In this document: piece by piece, positions 12,701 through 54,246 of the stretch | Numbering within the stretch: position 1 is the first letter of the stretch | Layout: every line of letters begins with the position of its first letter | NCBI GenBank assembly: GCA_040954595.2 | Contig: CM082581.2 | Span: 10,787,099 to 10,851,098, forward strand | Direction of reading: 5' to 3' | DNA: 64,000 nt | DNA from: Balanoglossus misakiensis | Taxonomy: Eukaryota > Animalia > Hemichordata | Notes under the pieces: generated by a model | Databases searched by the model: none | Told to the model about the DNA's origin: nothing | Seen by the model: only the letters and a program-made list of their open reading frames with translations | Made by a program: the position numbers and the translations under genes

Positions 12701-15700
12701 ACAGTTTTGACAAGTCCATTTAAATGTCTTGCAAGGAAATAACTGACTGGCAGATCTTGATGCTTGCTGGTGCCGGGGTGGTATGAAAAACAGTTTTGTG
12801 AGTCGCCCCCCAAAAAGTGACAGTGTTTTCACAGTCACCATATATGGCTTTCCTGACCAGTGGTTTCAATTTACCACAGTCACATTTTCGACACCAGAAA
12901 TTAATCAACCACTGTTAGTGTAAGGGCTTATAGATGTCTAATTAATTATGAAAATTATATGCACTGATAGAGTATAAGCATTTAATGTATTTGGCGACGG
13001 CTAATTTTTCATCCAGGCAAATCTAGCAGGCTTCAATAGGTGTTAATTTTGCTATGTAACTATAAGATTTGTGTTGACCCTTCAGATCATATCATGGCTT
13101 TTACAGAGAGTATAGGCTCACTATTTGAATTTGGCCCCCAGGCCAACCATTAGTACCCCACTGTGTCAAAGACTGGGGCTTTGTCAAAGGTTGGCCAATC
13201 ACCTATTTTGGAGGCATGTAGCTCCAGAATACATGTACTTCACACTGGGTTTTTTCATGTATATTTTGGCATTGATTAATGTCTTTCTTCCTATCCTTTG
13301 AGGTATCCAATGCTGAAAACTAACTTACAGGTGGATTTCAGGCCAGTCATACTCTGATTCATTTATTCCAGGGTCTATGGACTCAAAATGGAGAAATAAT
13401 ATTTTTTTGGTAATGAAAACAAGAGCACCTGTTGGCATGTTAACACTTGTGCTTTTGGAACGCTCACCGACTCTGCATAACGCCCACAACCTTCAGCACA
13501 AATCTATCAATGCCTGCATTGTCCGACTCAGAGATTTCTGGGCAAAGAGCCAACATAGATAACTTCCAGATTCCTCTCATGACTTCAAGATCCACTCGGG
13601 CATTTCATGACCGTACGTGTTGGGCGTGAGAGAAAAAGTCGGTCCTTTTTCCCCTTCATTATTTATTAACTTTGTGCTCTTTCTTGAAATATTATATTTG
13701 CTTGATTTAGTGATTTCTAAACATTTATGTAAAGTTTGTAGACAGCACGCACCACCTTGTGTTGACAAAATATTTCTTGTCTCTTGGTGTTGCCCATGAT
13801 ACTGCCCATGGTGATCACAGTTTTGCATTCACCATGGCAGTTGCAACGACCATTCTCAGTTTCTCCTAGCAAAGATTGTTATTTTCTGGTTGTTTTTTTT
13901 TCCTCAACAAGTACGGACAGGGCTCATGTCTGTTTGATCAACTGAACTGCGTGGACTGAATAACTATCATGGTGTCTACTCTACATTTCAAAGTCCTGAA
14001 ACCAACAATGACCAAAGTTGCTAATTGTTGACTTTCAACTCACCTTTACTCCTATGCAAATACCCCCTTTCACCTGCCCCTCTCCATTGTGTCGATTTTG
14101 TGAAAAATCTTTCATTTGGTTTGTCTAGCTATTCCGTCAGACAATACCCAACTATTCTTCTGCACCTACACCTCATTGAGGTGGACCATTCTCATGCTGG
14201 CTTCATTACCTGTTAGTTGTTCATTTGACCGATTCATGATCTGTTCATTTCCTGACTTTACTGAAGTCTTAATGAGTTCTCAATCTGGTGCGAAAAATTC
14301 TGCATTCGGCGATCATGCGCACAGGATGTAAAGTAATGGGGTGGAAAACTTAATGTTACAAAAGTGGTCTCGAGTTCCTTCCTGTAATTTGGCGTGCGTG
14401 GCTTTTCTTGGTGAAAATTGGTGGTTTGGACCAGACTGGACATGATTCCTGTATTCCAACAGGATCTACTGGTAACTCTTGGCGTGATGATTAAGGAAAG
14501 TCAGACCAAAATAAGTAAAGTCAAATTAGAATACCTGAAAATCTTCTCTGTATGTACATGTATGAGTATGACACAGGTTTACAATTGTACATCCACCTTT
14601 TGTTTTTTTGACAGACAATCCCATCGCTTCTCATCTGAAAGACGCTCAGCATGGAAATCTGTGGAGGCGACCAAGGCTGAATTGAGTTACCTGACAAACA
14701 CTCGAGACTTTCCTCCACTTAGTGCAAGTGATTTCAGGTAAGTCTTGAGTCGCTTACTTCACAACCAACTACTGTAGTATATATTGCCTATCGCACAAAC
14801 TCTCATTTGTTCAATTCATAACATCTTAATTGATTCCTCATCTTTGAATCGTCACAGGTACACACCCGAGGGTCCCAAGGCTGTCAGCCGAACCAGAGTC
14901 AAGGAACAAACTGAAAACTGGGACATTAAAAGCACCGACTGGGGCTCGATGGTGGAAGAACATGAAGCCCAGAATCAAATAGCCAAGAGGAAACTCGTCT
15001 TGGCCGATAAAACTGAACGGTAAGTTAGATATGTTGGTTCATCTACAGAGTGACTACATTCAGCTGTGCTGTAAATACCTCTGCAGTAGGATTGATTTTG
15101 GAATAATTTCCGGCATCATACACTTTCCTGAACTTATTTTTGTTCGTGCAGAGACAATCAACAAGAGAGCAAAACCAAAAGACCAGCAGAGACGGATCAG
15201 GCAGTGCTGGGAAGACGACAGAAGCAAATCGACTACGGCAAGAACACCGCATCTTATTGGAACTACGTCAAACAAATTGCCAGGTAACAAATTTTTGATT
15301 TTTTTTTTTCAAGTAATCTTTTACTTGGATTTTAATACAGCTCTGTATCATATATCTTCTTTAGATTCCAAAATGTTGATCATTCAAATTCTGTATTGTT
15401 TTAGTAATGGTATTGAATATTTTCCCTTCCTGCCTGTAGGTCAAAGAGATCGAAACACCATCCAAGGACACCCAGCAAATATCAAGTTTGCAGCAGACGA
15501 TCATTCGATGCACAAATCAAAACCTGGAAGAAGCAACTTCATGTGTGGGGAGACAACACAGACACTTCAAGTACCGGCAGTGTCGTCGATGCTGGGGCTG
15601 GAAGGTTAGTAGTCAAAGGCTGGCTTAATTTGGCCACAGAAATATTGTTGTTTTAATTGCAGAGGTTATGAGCGAATAGTAGACAGTGCAGTTCTTTCGT

Positions 15701-16252
15701 GTATCTGAATATCTGAAGTTCGAAATTTTGTCTCTCTCTGATAAAAAGGATGTCTTCTGGAAAGTTCAAAGTCAGCCGTAGATAAGATTTGTTCAATTCA
15801 CTAATTTTATCTTTTTTTCTTTACTTCTCATTTTCAGGAGAGATTTACTGTACAGCGATACGTCCTCCGACTGCACAGAATCTGTCGGAACCGAAGCACG
15901 GATGGACGTGGACGAGGCGGAAATCAGCGCGTCCGACAGTTACCCGACACCGCCCAATTCACAAGAAGATCCACACCCTCTCAGAACAACCAACTGCGAC
16001 TCGGTCGACCCAAACCAGAACCTGCCACCCCAGTGGTCAGAGCCCAATAGTGTGATGGACACCCTCATGGCCGCTTGCCAAGTGACGAATCGCTCGGTTG
16101 TGTACGACTACCAACACGGAATGGACAATTTCCCCGCACCAACCCGTCTCGGGGACCCGGTGCCCGATAACCGCGCCAAGAACTTCATGGATGAGTTCAA
16201 CTTGGACGACTGTCTGAGGCGGGAAGAGGATGCTGATAATTTCAATTTGTGA
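9723..16252 (+). CDS. SLBP: Histone RNA hairpin (stem-loop) binding protein (7 coding exons, about 402 aa)
   Basis: Exons: 9723-9817, 11030-11146, 14615-14737, 14858-15019, 15152-15283, 15440-15604, 15838-16252 (1209 nt, phases consistent). RNA-binding domain [20 protein letters not shown]...[30 protein letters not shown]; also YTPEGP, the SLIP1-type motif DWGSMVEE, and KRKL. Exons 1-2 are less certain than the RBD exons. Confidence 0.93.
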
Positions 16253-17211
16253 TCAGATATTTGAAGAGTGAAAAAAAAAATGGACAAATCAGATACTGCC
16301 AAAGAACATGTCAAAAACAGACAAGCAAGGGCTCCAGTTATTATTAGCCATTATTAGAGGTGTTTTTTTCTCATCCTATGTGAAGAGGGGGTTTGTGGGA
16401 AAAGTTTTCATTTTTACACCGTCTGCTTGAGACAGGTTTTTCAGTTTCTTGCCCTACAAAGTACAGATAATGCAGATTCATTTGGAACTACAAAGCAAGC
16501 GAAAAAAATATCGCTCTTGGTATACATGCAAAAATATTCTGCTGTCATTGATGTTGGTGCAATGGAGTTCTCAGGAAATACACAGTCAAGTCAAGGACAT
16601 ATACTCATCTGACAAGTGCATCTGTCTGTATTCTCACTTCCCCAGCCCACCACAAACATTGCGGGTGTTACACCAGGGAAGCTCGTCTAGAAACAAAAGT
16701 AACAACAAAACTTAGGCATTCCATTTGGGACCATAATAGTTTTATTTGTTTTGTTTAAAATCATGTTTTAGCAGATTTATTTATTATGTATAATAAGTTT
16801 TCTTTTTGCAATTTTCTGAAAAACGTTATGCTATTCTTTTTAAATGTTGAAAAAGGAACAAAACATGCATTCTGATATATTAGTGTTTTTAATAAGTAAA
16901 CGTATAATCAGTTTTGTTTTTGGTTCAATCTGGACTGGGTAGAGTTTCCCTTCTTTCTTTAGAGATAAATACTTGTTTATAAGTTGTTTGTCGCCCTCAT
17001 TGGTGTAAATCAAATCTGATGAAGGCAGAACAACATTGATTTCAAGTTATCAGGTTAAAGGGCTTCCTATCCTTTCATACACTTGTGTGCATGCTACTGT
17101 GAATTACTGCTGACATTTGAGTTGACCTGCTGCATTTCATAAGATTTAGTTGTATTTTCATTATGCAGGATTCCATATAAATATCTTGGAGATGTAACAT
17201 TGTTTTAAAGG

Positions 17212-17217
17212 AATAAA
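17212..17217 (+). promoter_or_regulatory. Likely SLBP polyadenylation signal
   Basis: AATAAA about 960 nt after the SLBP stop, followed by GU/U-rich sequence. Confidence 0.5.
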
Positions 17218-20200
17218 ATCAAGTGTTGAAGAAATTTCGTTGTGTCAGGGTGATGTCTTTTCCATGAATCACAGTTGTAGGGGGAACAGAAGTACGAGGT
17301 CAGAGATTGAGACCAGCAAGGTATAATGATAGTCTTCAACTTCACATATTATGAAGAATTACATAAAAATTATACACTCACCAATCAGAGTGCTCAAAGA
17401 AATTCGAGTGCAGAACTGACCCAAGAAGCGGAACCCGTTCACACCGCCCTCAACAAGCATGTTAGGCAGGAGTAGGCAGACTATAGGTGGCGCTCTACCA
17501 ATGACCAAACACCCCACCATTTCCGGTTTCACAAAACCCTAAAAAAATCACAATACAGATGGGATATGAACTCAGAACTATACTAATTTACACACACATA
17601 GTACGGTAAAGGTGTCAATACAAAATCAATTCTGCTAAAGATCCACCTCCATTACAATATGGCTGGTCACATACAATGTACATGTAATCACTACCGAGTA
17701 CATGTATTTCAAGCTTGAATTCCTCACACACAACACCCCCCCCCCACACACACACGCACTTGATTCTCCTGTAAATTGCAGTCAGTGGACACCACCACAA
17801 CTCAACATACGCTGATACCAATTTTATTGATATATATTTTCGTTTTACAAAAAAATTGTGGGCACACAAACTGATGAGTAGATACAGTCAAACGCAGTCT
17901 GATAACTCCCGCTGACTCGTTACCACATCTCTACTGATTACACACCCAACAACACCCCCTAAATTCTCTCAATTTTTTTTGTTAGATAATCATATTTTTA
18001 AGGGTTAAAATACAAAAAGGAAAAAAAATTGCCACCACTCTGCATTGAAAGTTTTGTAATAGCATAAACATTTCTAGATATTTTGTTTCTAGTAATAAAT
18101 CTCACTTCTTTTTCTCTCAACAACTTAAGGTAAATTTCCCAAAATATAGTTACAATACAAAATAAGGAAACAAAATTAGAAATGGATTTGTTTTGACACA
18201 AATTGATTAGCATAATACTGATGCTACAATTCGAAAAAAGTACATTTTGGTTGAAGAACTCACAGACAATGAACACCTATGAATTGTGTCTGCCTGGTGC
18301 TCCGTAAATTGCTCTCATCTGGTATACAAAGTTAGAATCATGCAAGTCTGTTTCACATATGTCCCCACACACCTCTCTTCAGCAATGTTAGAGTTTTTTT
18401 CTCATAAATCTACTCTACATCACGTTATGAAAACACACTATCTACACATACAGAGTTGTGACACATGGATTTATATGAAACAAAATATTACACACTGCAA
18501 ACTCGAAAAATTTTTGGAACACGAACGGAGTAAATAAAAGCCACTTGCTTACACAACTCTTGCTGACGGATGCATTCATGTTAAAAAATATAGAACTTCA
18601 AACAAGGCAAGAAAAAAAATACGACTGATCAAAATCAAGGTTAAACAAATTTTATTTAAAAAAAAAAAATCATTCCATAGAAAAAAAGGCACTCGATTGG
18701 TTTGGACACGACTGATAGTCACAACGTTTAAGGTTAGTTTTGATAAAGAACGGAAAATCAAACACTGATTTACATGCAATCAACCACATTACAGGACCAG
18801 CAAGCGACATGCAAATGATATGCAAATTACCAACATTAACATTCAAAAGAAACATCAAGAAATAACTATTACAATTACTGGCAGCACTGGATTAAATTTC
18901 ATTGCTCTTGATTTCACAAACATTTTCTTTCACGAATTTAAAATATTCTTGCTTCGGGTTATTGTCACTTTGATCCAAACAGTTGCAGTATTAGTAATCA
19001 AGCTTTGTATGGACTCGAAGGAAGGTCGTCGCACAACAGAATGGGCGAGTCGAATTTAATTCTGTCCTTGCGACAGGAAACAAATGGAAACGCAACCCTG
19101 GTAATTATATGGGGATTATTTCAAATCTAGACAGGAAATATAGTCCTCATCATTTCTCTAGCAGAATAAGCACCACATATACTTTGACAAACTTGTATTT
19201 TGTAAAGCTATGAAAATGCCTAGTAATACACAATAGTCAATACCCTACAACAAATTTACAAAAAAAAAACAATTCTGTACATAGACTCTGCACTTGATTA
19301 AAATGGACAGAACCATTATTTCCAGAAATAAAAACGAGTACATAAGGTTGTCAGCTCCAACTCAACAAACATCCCACACACGGATACATGTTCTACTTTT
19401 ATATTGCTTCATTGGTATATAACGGAAAACCCCAAAACACTGGAAATGTACTGAGTTTTAAATAAATTCATTGCTGCCTACACATAATGGCAATAATGAT
19501 CATTAAAAATAGGTGAAGTGTTGTTTGCAAAGAAGTGAGAAGCTGACGATCAGGAAGTATAAGACACAAGGGTACAGTTAATATTCACGCAAAGAACTGT
19601 TATTTCAACAACTCCTGACTTCCCATCTTTGCAGCTGTTTGGTCACTTAGGCAATCGATCGATCTACACTCTGAGATGCCATTCATCTTGCAGTCATGAT
19701 CAACGCTGACGTTCATCTCACACCGCCCTCGCCACGACGTGTTGCCATGGCAGTGCGAAACACAGTCTGTCGCCATGCCGATACAAATTCCGTCTATTGC
19801 TAACTTTGTCGGGATATTTCTTGCCTTGTTCGGGATTCAACTCGTCCAGAAATGTCACCGAGTCAATACAGATCTTTGACATTTTACGTTACTTAAATGT
19901 CACTGTTTATCTACAACATGGTCTTTAAGAAATAATCACGAAAAAAAAGTGTCCTGGAATAAGGTCTTCGGCTTGCAGTCAAATGTCTAATTCCATCCAT
20001 TTGAGGTAGCTTTTTAAATTTTTCAACAACATCCGTGTTAGAGCATAGGCATATTTTCAATAAAAACTTTTCTAACACAGATACTAACAACGGACACAAC
20101 TACAGATGACTGCAGTCATAACATTGAGTCTCAACTACGATTCTACCGACTACCACGACTTGCAAGTTGTCCGCACACGGCTGGTTCCAGATCCTCATCC

Positions 20201-20333
20201 CCCTCTGGGCACAGCCGATTCCCCCCCCGCAGTCAAGTGAAACTGTCCATCTACACAATGTAAATTAGCAGGTACCATTCACGATGCAGGTGTGGTTTAA
20301 TTTTTGTCGCGTGTGTGTGTGTTTTTTTTTCTC

Positions 20334-49798
<29,465 letters not shown>

Positions 49799-50099
49799 AT
49801 TTCGTTGTGTACGACAGTCTCAAGCTAAGAGATCTAGCTTACGGGGACATCTACAACGGCAAACAATTTTTTTTCTGGGCCAAATTCTAGTGAAGAACAC
49901 TGAACAGGCGCTTTATACTCTTGCGGCCGGGTACGTACGCTGTGAGAATGTCCATATGACCATCGATCCACAAAAATCTATCAATCGACGTCCGCGATCG
50001 AAAAGAGGCAACAATTGCGGTGGGTACAGTGCTTAGACCCCACAAATTCCCTTCTGATGGCCTTAAATATTAAATAGGTGGTCGTCAGCGGAAGGTTCA

Positions 50100-50560
50100 G
50101 TGAAATCCTCGGCGGGGACTGGTGTACAAACTACGAGATCACTCGCTAAATCCAACCCGGCCCCGTTGCCCGTCAAGCAAATAGATGCAGCTGCCTAATG
50201 AATGATAACACACATACGTTCACGTTACACGTAGAAGGCACAAAAAATCGGCTTTTACCTCCTGGAATGAGCTGAACCAAACGTCATCCTAAACGACACA
50301 AGTCTCCAAATATTCTGGAATGTTCCTGACTAAAGAAAACAGTTAGAAGCTCCGCAGACCTAGCAAAAATCGGGATATTACGTGCCGTCGCCGTCCACCC
50401 TACGAAAACCTTCGTTCTGTATTCAATGACAATCATGGGTGTATTTTTATGTGAAATGTACAACTTCCGGTCGTCGACACCAGCTTGAAATACGTCATAT
50501 CCGCTTCGGGTCGAGGTTGTTCACTTTTGCCTCTGACCTCTTTGGATATTGTGATGATTC
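50100..50560. promoter_or_regulatory. Probable RNF38 promoter region (divergent from PNRC)
   Basis: CpG-rich stretch upstream of the RNF38 start, with ETS-like ACTTCCGG at about 50463 and several ACGTCA half-CRE motifs. Confidence 0.4.
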
Positions 50561-51589
50561 GAGGAAATCTGTAGCAAGAATTGCCTCACACACCCCTTTC
50601 TTTACTGCTGTTTTACTTTATTTCGTGATTCATATGCCTTTTAGCTTTCTTTTTCATTCATTGCATTGTCTCTATCACTTTTTAAGGACATAGTTACTCC
50701 CGTCTGATTTTCTACGCACTGAAATACATGACTGGTTGTCACAGGTAAACTCACAACCTGTATATGGGATCAAATAAACTTAAAACATAATATATATATA
50801 TCATACAACAAAATGAGAGTGTGAATTATAAAAACATCATTAGGAGCAGCAGCATAGACAAACTTAGAAGAATGCAATGCATCTTTTGAATTTTAAACAA
50901 TAATAAGAAGTGATTATGAGGAACAAATTGATAAAAACAACTACACGGCACAAACATTACCGGAAGTTCTTTTTAGTTCCTTTTTTTATGGAGTGGCTGT
51001 GTTTGAGCATGACTTGTGAGACTGCAGGATGCAACCTGTGCCGATCTAACAATGGTGGTGGTCAGCAACTGAAAACATACATTTGATTCTGTACGGAGAG
51101 AAGCTTTGACAGAAAGTCAACACATCTAAAAAGTCAGAGAGGGTATTTTTCATGTTGTAACTTGAACAAATTGTGCACTCCATTGGTTGGCAGTCTCACC
51201 AACAAAAGGTGCATGCATGTGTACCACAGCTGACTTGGGGAAAGTGGGATTTACATGATGCAAAGATTCTGAGACTGACTGATTACCAGGAATTTGAATC
51301 GGGTGAAACTTTTAAAATCCATTTGGAATACATCCTTATAGTGAACAAGTTCTGCTGATGTCTGCTACCTGTAGTATTTCAAATTAGGATTGTGTTTCAT
51401 TCCAACTTTTTTTCATATCTTGTTCCACACTACTTCTAATCAGTGACTATATTTTTATATTATTACATTACTTTTTATCAATAATTTTCCAATTGGGAGT
51501 CTTATACTTTCGGAACGATGGTAGTTTCCATACTACCTACACAATGCTGAATGTAATAAATAAGTTACTTTGTATTTAAATAACTGGCC

Positions 51590-52000
51590 ATGACGTCATA
51601 AAACGCCAATGATAGGCCGATGCGATGCGCGGTATATACATGTATTTGTATACATACAAGCGAACAACAACAAAGAGTAGTGAAATGAAAACGCTCTAAA
51701 AAACTTGATATATGTTTTTGCGAATTATACTTGTACAGTCTGAAAGCTATGTATGACAGAGCGGCCTTAAAAGGCAAAAGAGGCTTCCCTTAGTAATATG
51801 AGTCAGAAAATTTCTAGGTAACTTGTTGTTTGTAATATTCCCCGAATCTAAAAATAGAAACGTCATCATTCGATGAAATTTACATAAAGGTCTGATTGGT
51901 CGACATGTTCCCTCGTGACATAACACTGGGAACTCATTGGCTAGAAAAGCTACATAAACAGTTGACTACGTCATTTCTCTTCGAGGTTTAGATTGTGTTA
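51590..52000 (+). promoter_or_regulatory. Probable PNRC promoter
   Basis: CRE TGACGTCA at 51591-51598, inverted CCAAT boxes near 51895 and 51937, TATA-like TACATAAA near 51882 and 51951, and TACGTCA near 51967. A YY1-like CGCCATTTTG lies downstream at 52212. Confidence 0.5.
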
Positions 52001-52365
52001 TAGAGAGGTACAACTCTTGCCAGTTTGTGGTGCAATTTTTGGAAGATTCATGCTTATTTTGAGCAAGATCAAGTGCTAAAGGCGTGATCAAGAGAGAGAA
52101 GAGTACATTCCCAGTATTGAGGTATACAGAAGAAGACGGTTTACGTGAGAATAACGATATCAGATTGGATCAATTTTTTGATCTGGTCGTTGTCTGCAGT
52201 GTGAAAAAAATCGCCATTTTGTTTCACAGTTGGCCGGGCATTTTGCCAAGAGAAAAAAGATCGTTGGTTTATCTTCCCGCAGCAAGGAAGGTCATCAATT
52301 CGAAGCTGTTCGGTGAGGTTCTTTTGTCGATCTCGCTGAGACTGTTTTCTGATTGGTGAGAATTA

Positions 52366-52473
52366 ATGCTTCGCTTCAGAAACGGATCATCGAGGACGAA
52401 GGTAGCGGTGACGAATCTCGGAGCACGTAGGCATTGTAGAACACAACTCGAGTTCAAAGTACATTTTACATGA
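52366..52473 (+). CDS. 35-aa uORF whose stop overlaps the PNRC start (ATGA)
   Basis: ATG at 52366 reads MLRFRNGSSRTKVAVTNLGARRHCRTQLEFKVHFT*. Its TGA (52471-52473) overlaps the PNRC ATG (52470-52472). Translation is not demonstrated. Confidence 0.45.
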   Translation: MLRFRNGSSRTKVAVTNLGARRHCRTQLEFKVHFT

Positions 52474-52937
52474 CCTACAGCATGACGCCAGGCAGCAGTC
52501 CAAGTACCAGTACTCGAAACATTCAGAATCGGCGAGGAGGTAACACACCCAAGAAGCATAGGGACCGAAACAGCAATACACCGTCCCCGAAGCCTCGCGA
52601 TCGCAGCGGCTATACGACACCCAACAACAACAGGGCTTCACCGCGCACAACAGCGGATATGGAGAACAACAACAGAGTTTGGAGTCAAAACAACACTCCG
52701 AACAGACACTCCCCAAAGCCGTCCAGAATGACCAACAGCAATAACGAAAGTCCCTATGCCGGTGCTAAATTTAATGATCCTCCATCGCCGAAATTACTGC
52801 CAAAACCACCAACTCATTGGGTCGAGTCCGTAAGAACCAAAAGGCCATCCAGTACAAGTTCAGACCTTGATATCGATACAAGTGAATGTGATTTTATGAC
52901 TTGTCAGCTCAAAATGATCCTCAAAGTAACTGCATGA
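52470..52937 (+). CDS. PNRC: Proline-rich nuclear receptor coactivator (PNRC1/2-like decapping/UPF1 cofactor), single coding exon, 155 aa
   Basis: Signature YAGAKFNDPPSPKLLPKPPTHW and C-terminal MTCQLKMILKV (compare vertebrate [22 protein letters not shown] and LKTLLKV). Confidence 0.93.
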   Translation: MTYSMTPGSSPSTSTRNIQNRRGGNTPKKHRDRNSNTPSPKPRDRSGYTTPNNNRASPRTTADMENNNRVWSQNNTPNRHSPKPSRMTNSNNESPYAGAKFNDPPSPKLLPKPPTHWVESVRTKRPSSTSSDLDIDTSECDFMTCQLKMILKVTA

Positions 52938-54246
52938 GTTTACTCTTTTTTAAAAAGAGGGAAAGTTCCATTTTTAGAAGTATCTTTTTGATAACAGAAA
53001 ATACGATTTTATAAGAAGATTTTGTATAGACGATGAGAAAGTTGACCAAATTGACAGATCAGGTTTTTGAGAAATGTTTGTACATATTGTACATGACTTT
53101 GCTACGTACCTTGTACTGTTTGTCAGTTCTGCCCAATTTTAGATTTGTTCTACATTTTACTGGTGAAATTTTTTGGCACATTGTGAAGGTGGAACAAAAT
53201 TTGGGCAGAATTGACGAACATTTGTTAAATTAGTATCAGATAATTTTGTAGCCTAAAATTTGAAGCGTAGGATAGTTCAGGTTTTTGTGGGTCCAGATTA
53301 ATCAAGACTTCCCCATTTCATTCCATTCTCTTCAAAAATTTTGTCATTTAATTTCGGGATACACCAGCTTACGCAGTAAAATTGCCAGTCTATCATTTAT
53401 TTCTTTAGAGTGATAGTTATGCATGTGATAATTGCAGTCTGTCCATTTCGAATCAATCACAAGCAATGATTATAAAAAAAATACCTAAACCTTAATATCT
53501 GTATATAAGAACATTTCCAGTAGGTTCCACATTTCGGCCATTTTAAAGAAATCTTATGGAGGTAAATGCAACACAGTCAAGAAAACTTTCATATGACCAA
53601 AGGTTCTTATAAATGAAAATTGATATTTTTGCCATCTTGGTGTTAATATTCAGGATTACCACAGATTTTTATGATAAATTTTTAACCGTGTTTGGTGTAT
53701 ATAGTATACTCAAGGTTTTGTAAAGTTTTTACAAAATGAAAGTTTTCTTGACAAGGTGCTATTGTATATACTTCATATGAGTGTTTTATCGTTTAGTGTT
53801 AGAAGTTAGATTAGGTCAGTTCATCGGTAGGGCAACTTATGAAGTTTAAGGGGGGTTTCATCCCAAAACGTTTTTTAAAAGGAACTAAAAAATACCGGCT
53901 GCCCCATTTTGAAAATATTTCTTCCCTAAAAGCAGACTGATTGTTCAGTTTGTGTACTTAAAACAAATTTTTCTATAGGAGCTCGGTCATTTCGGCTTGT
54001 AAATATCGGAAAACCCAACCAACAAGAGCACTCTCACTGCCAGTTGATGTTGCATCAACTCCATACGACGACTTTCAGAAACAAGAAGACTATCACAGTG
54101 GAACCTACTGGAAAGCAGACGCTGGCACACGCACAACTATCAACAGTCGCAGACGTCGCACAAGAAAAAATCAACATGCTACAAGAACATTTTAGAATAG
54201 AAGCTTCTTTCATTTCTTTACACCATCCTATCATCAACCCCTTCCC

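Noticed and set aside
13650-13668. GGTCCTTTTT half stem-loop in SLBP intron 2
   Set aside because: No complementary 3' arm.
15031-15609. 192-aa ORF from the ORF track
   Set aside because: It spans SLBP introns in a frame different from the conserved RBD, so it is a chance ORF.
53979-54246. Histone pseudogene as the source of the stem-loop
   Set aside because: None of the three forward frames resembles H1, H2A, H2B, H3 or H4 by eye. A very decayed copy cannot be excluded without a search.
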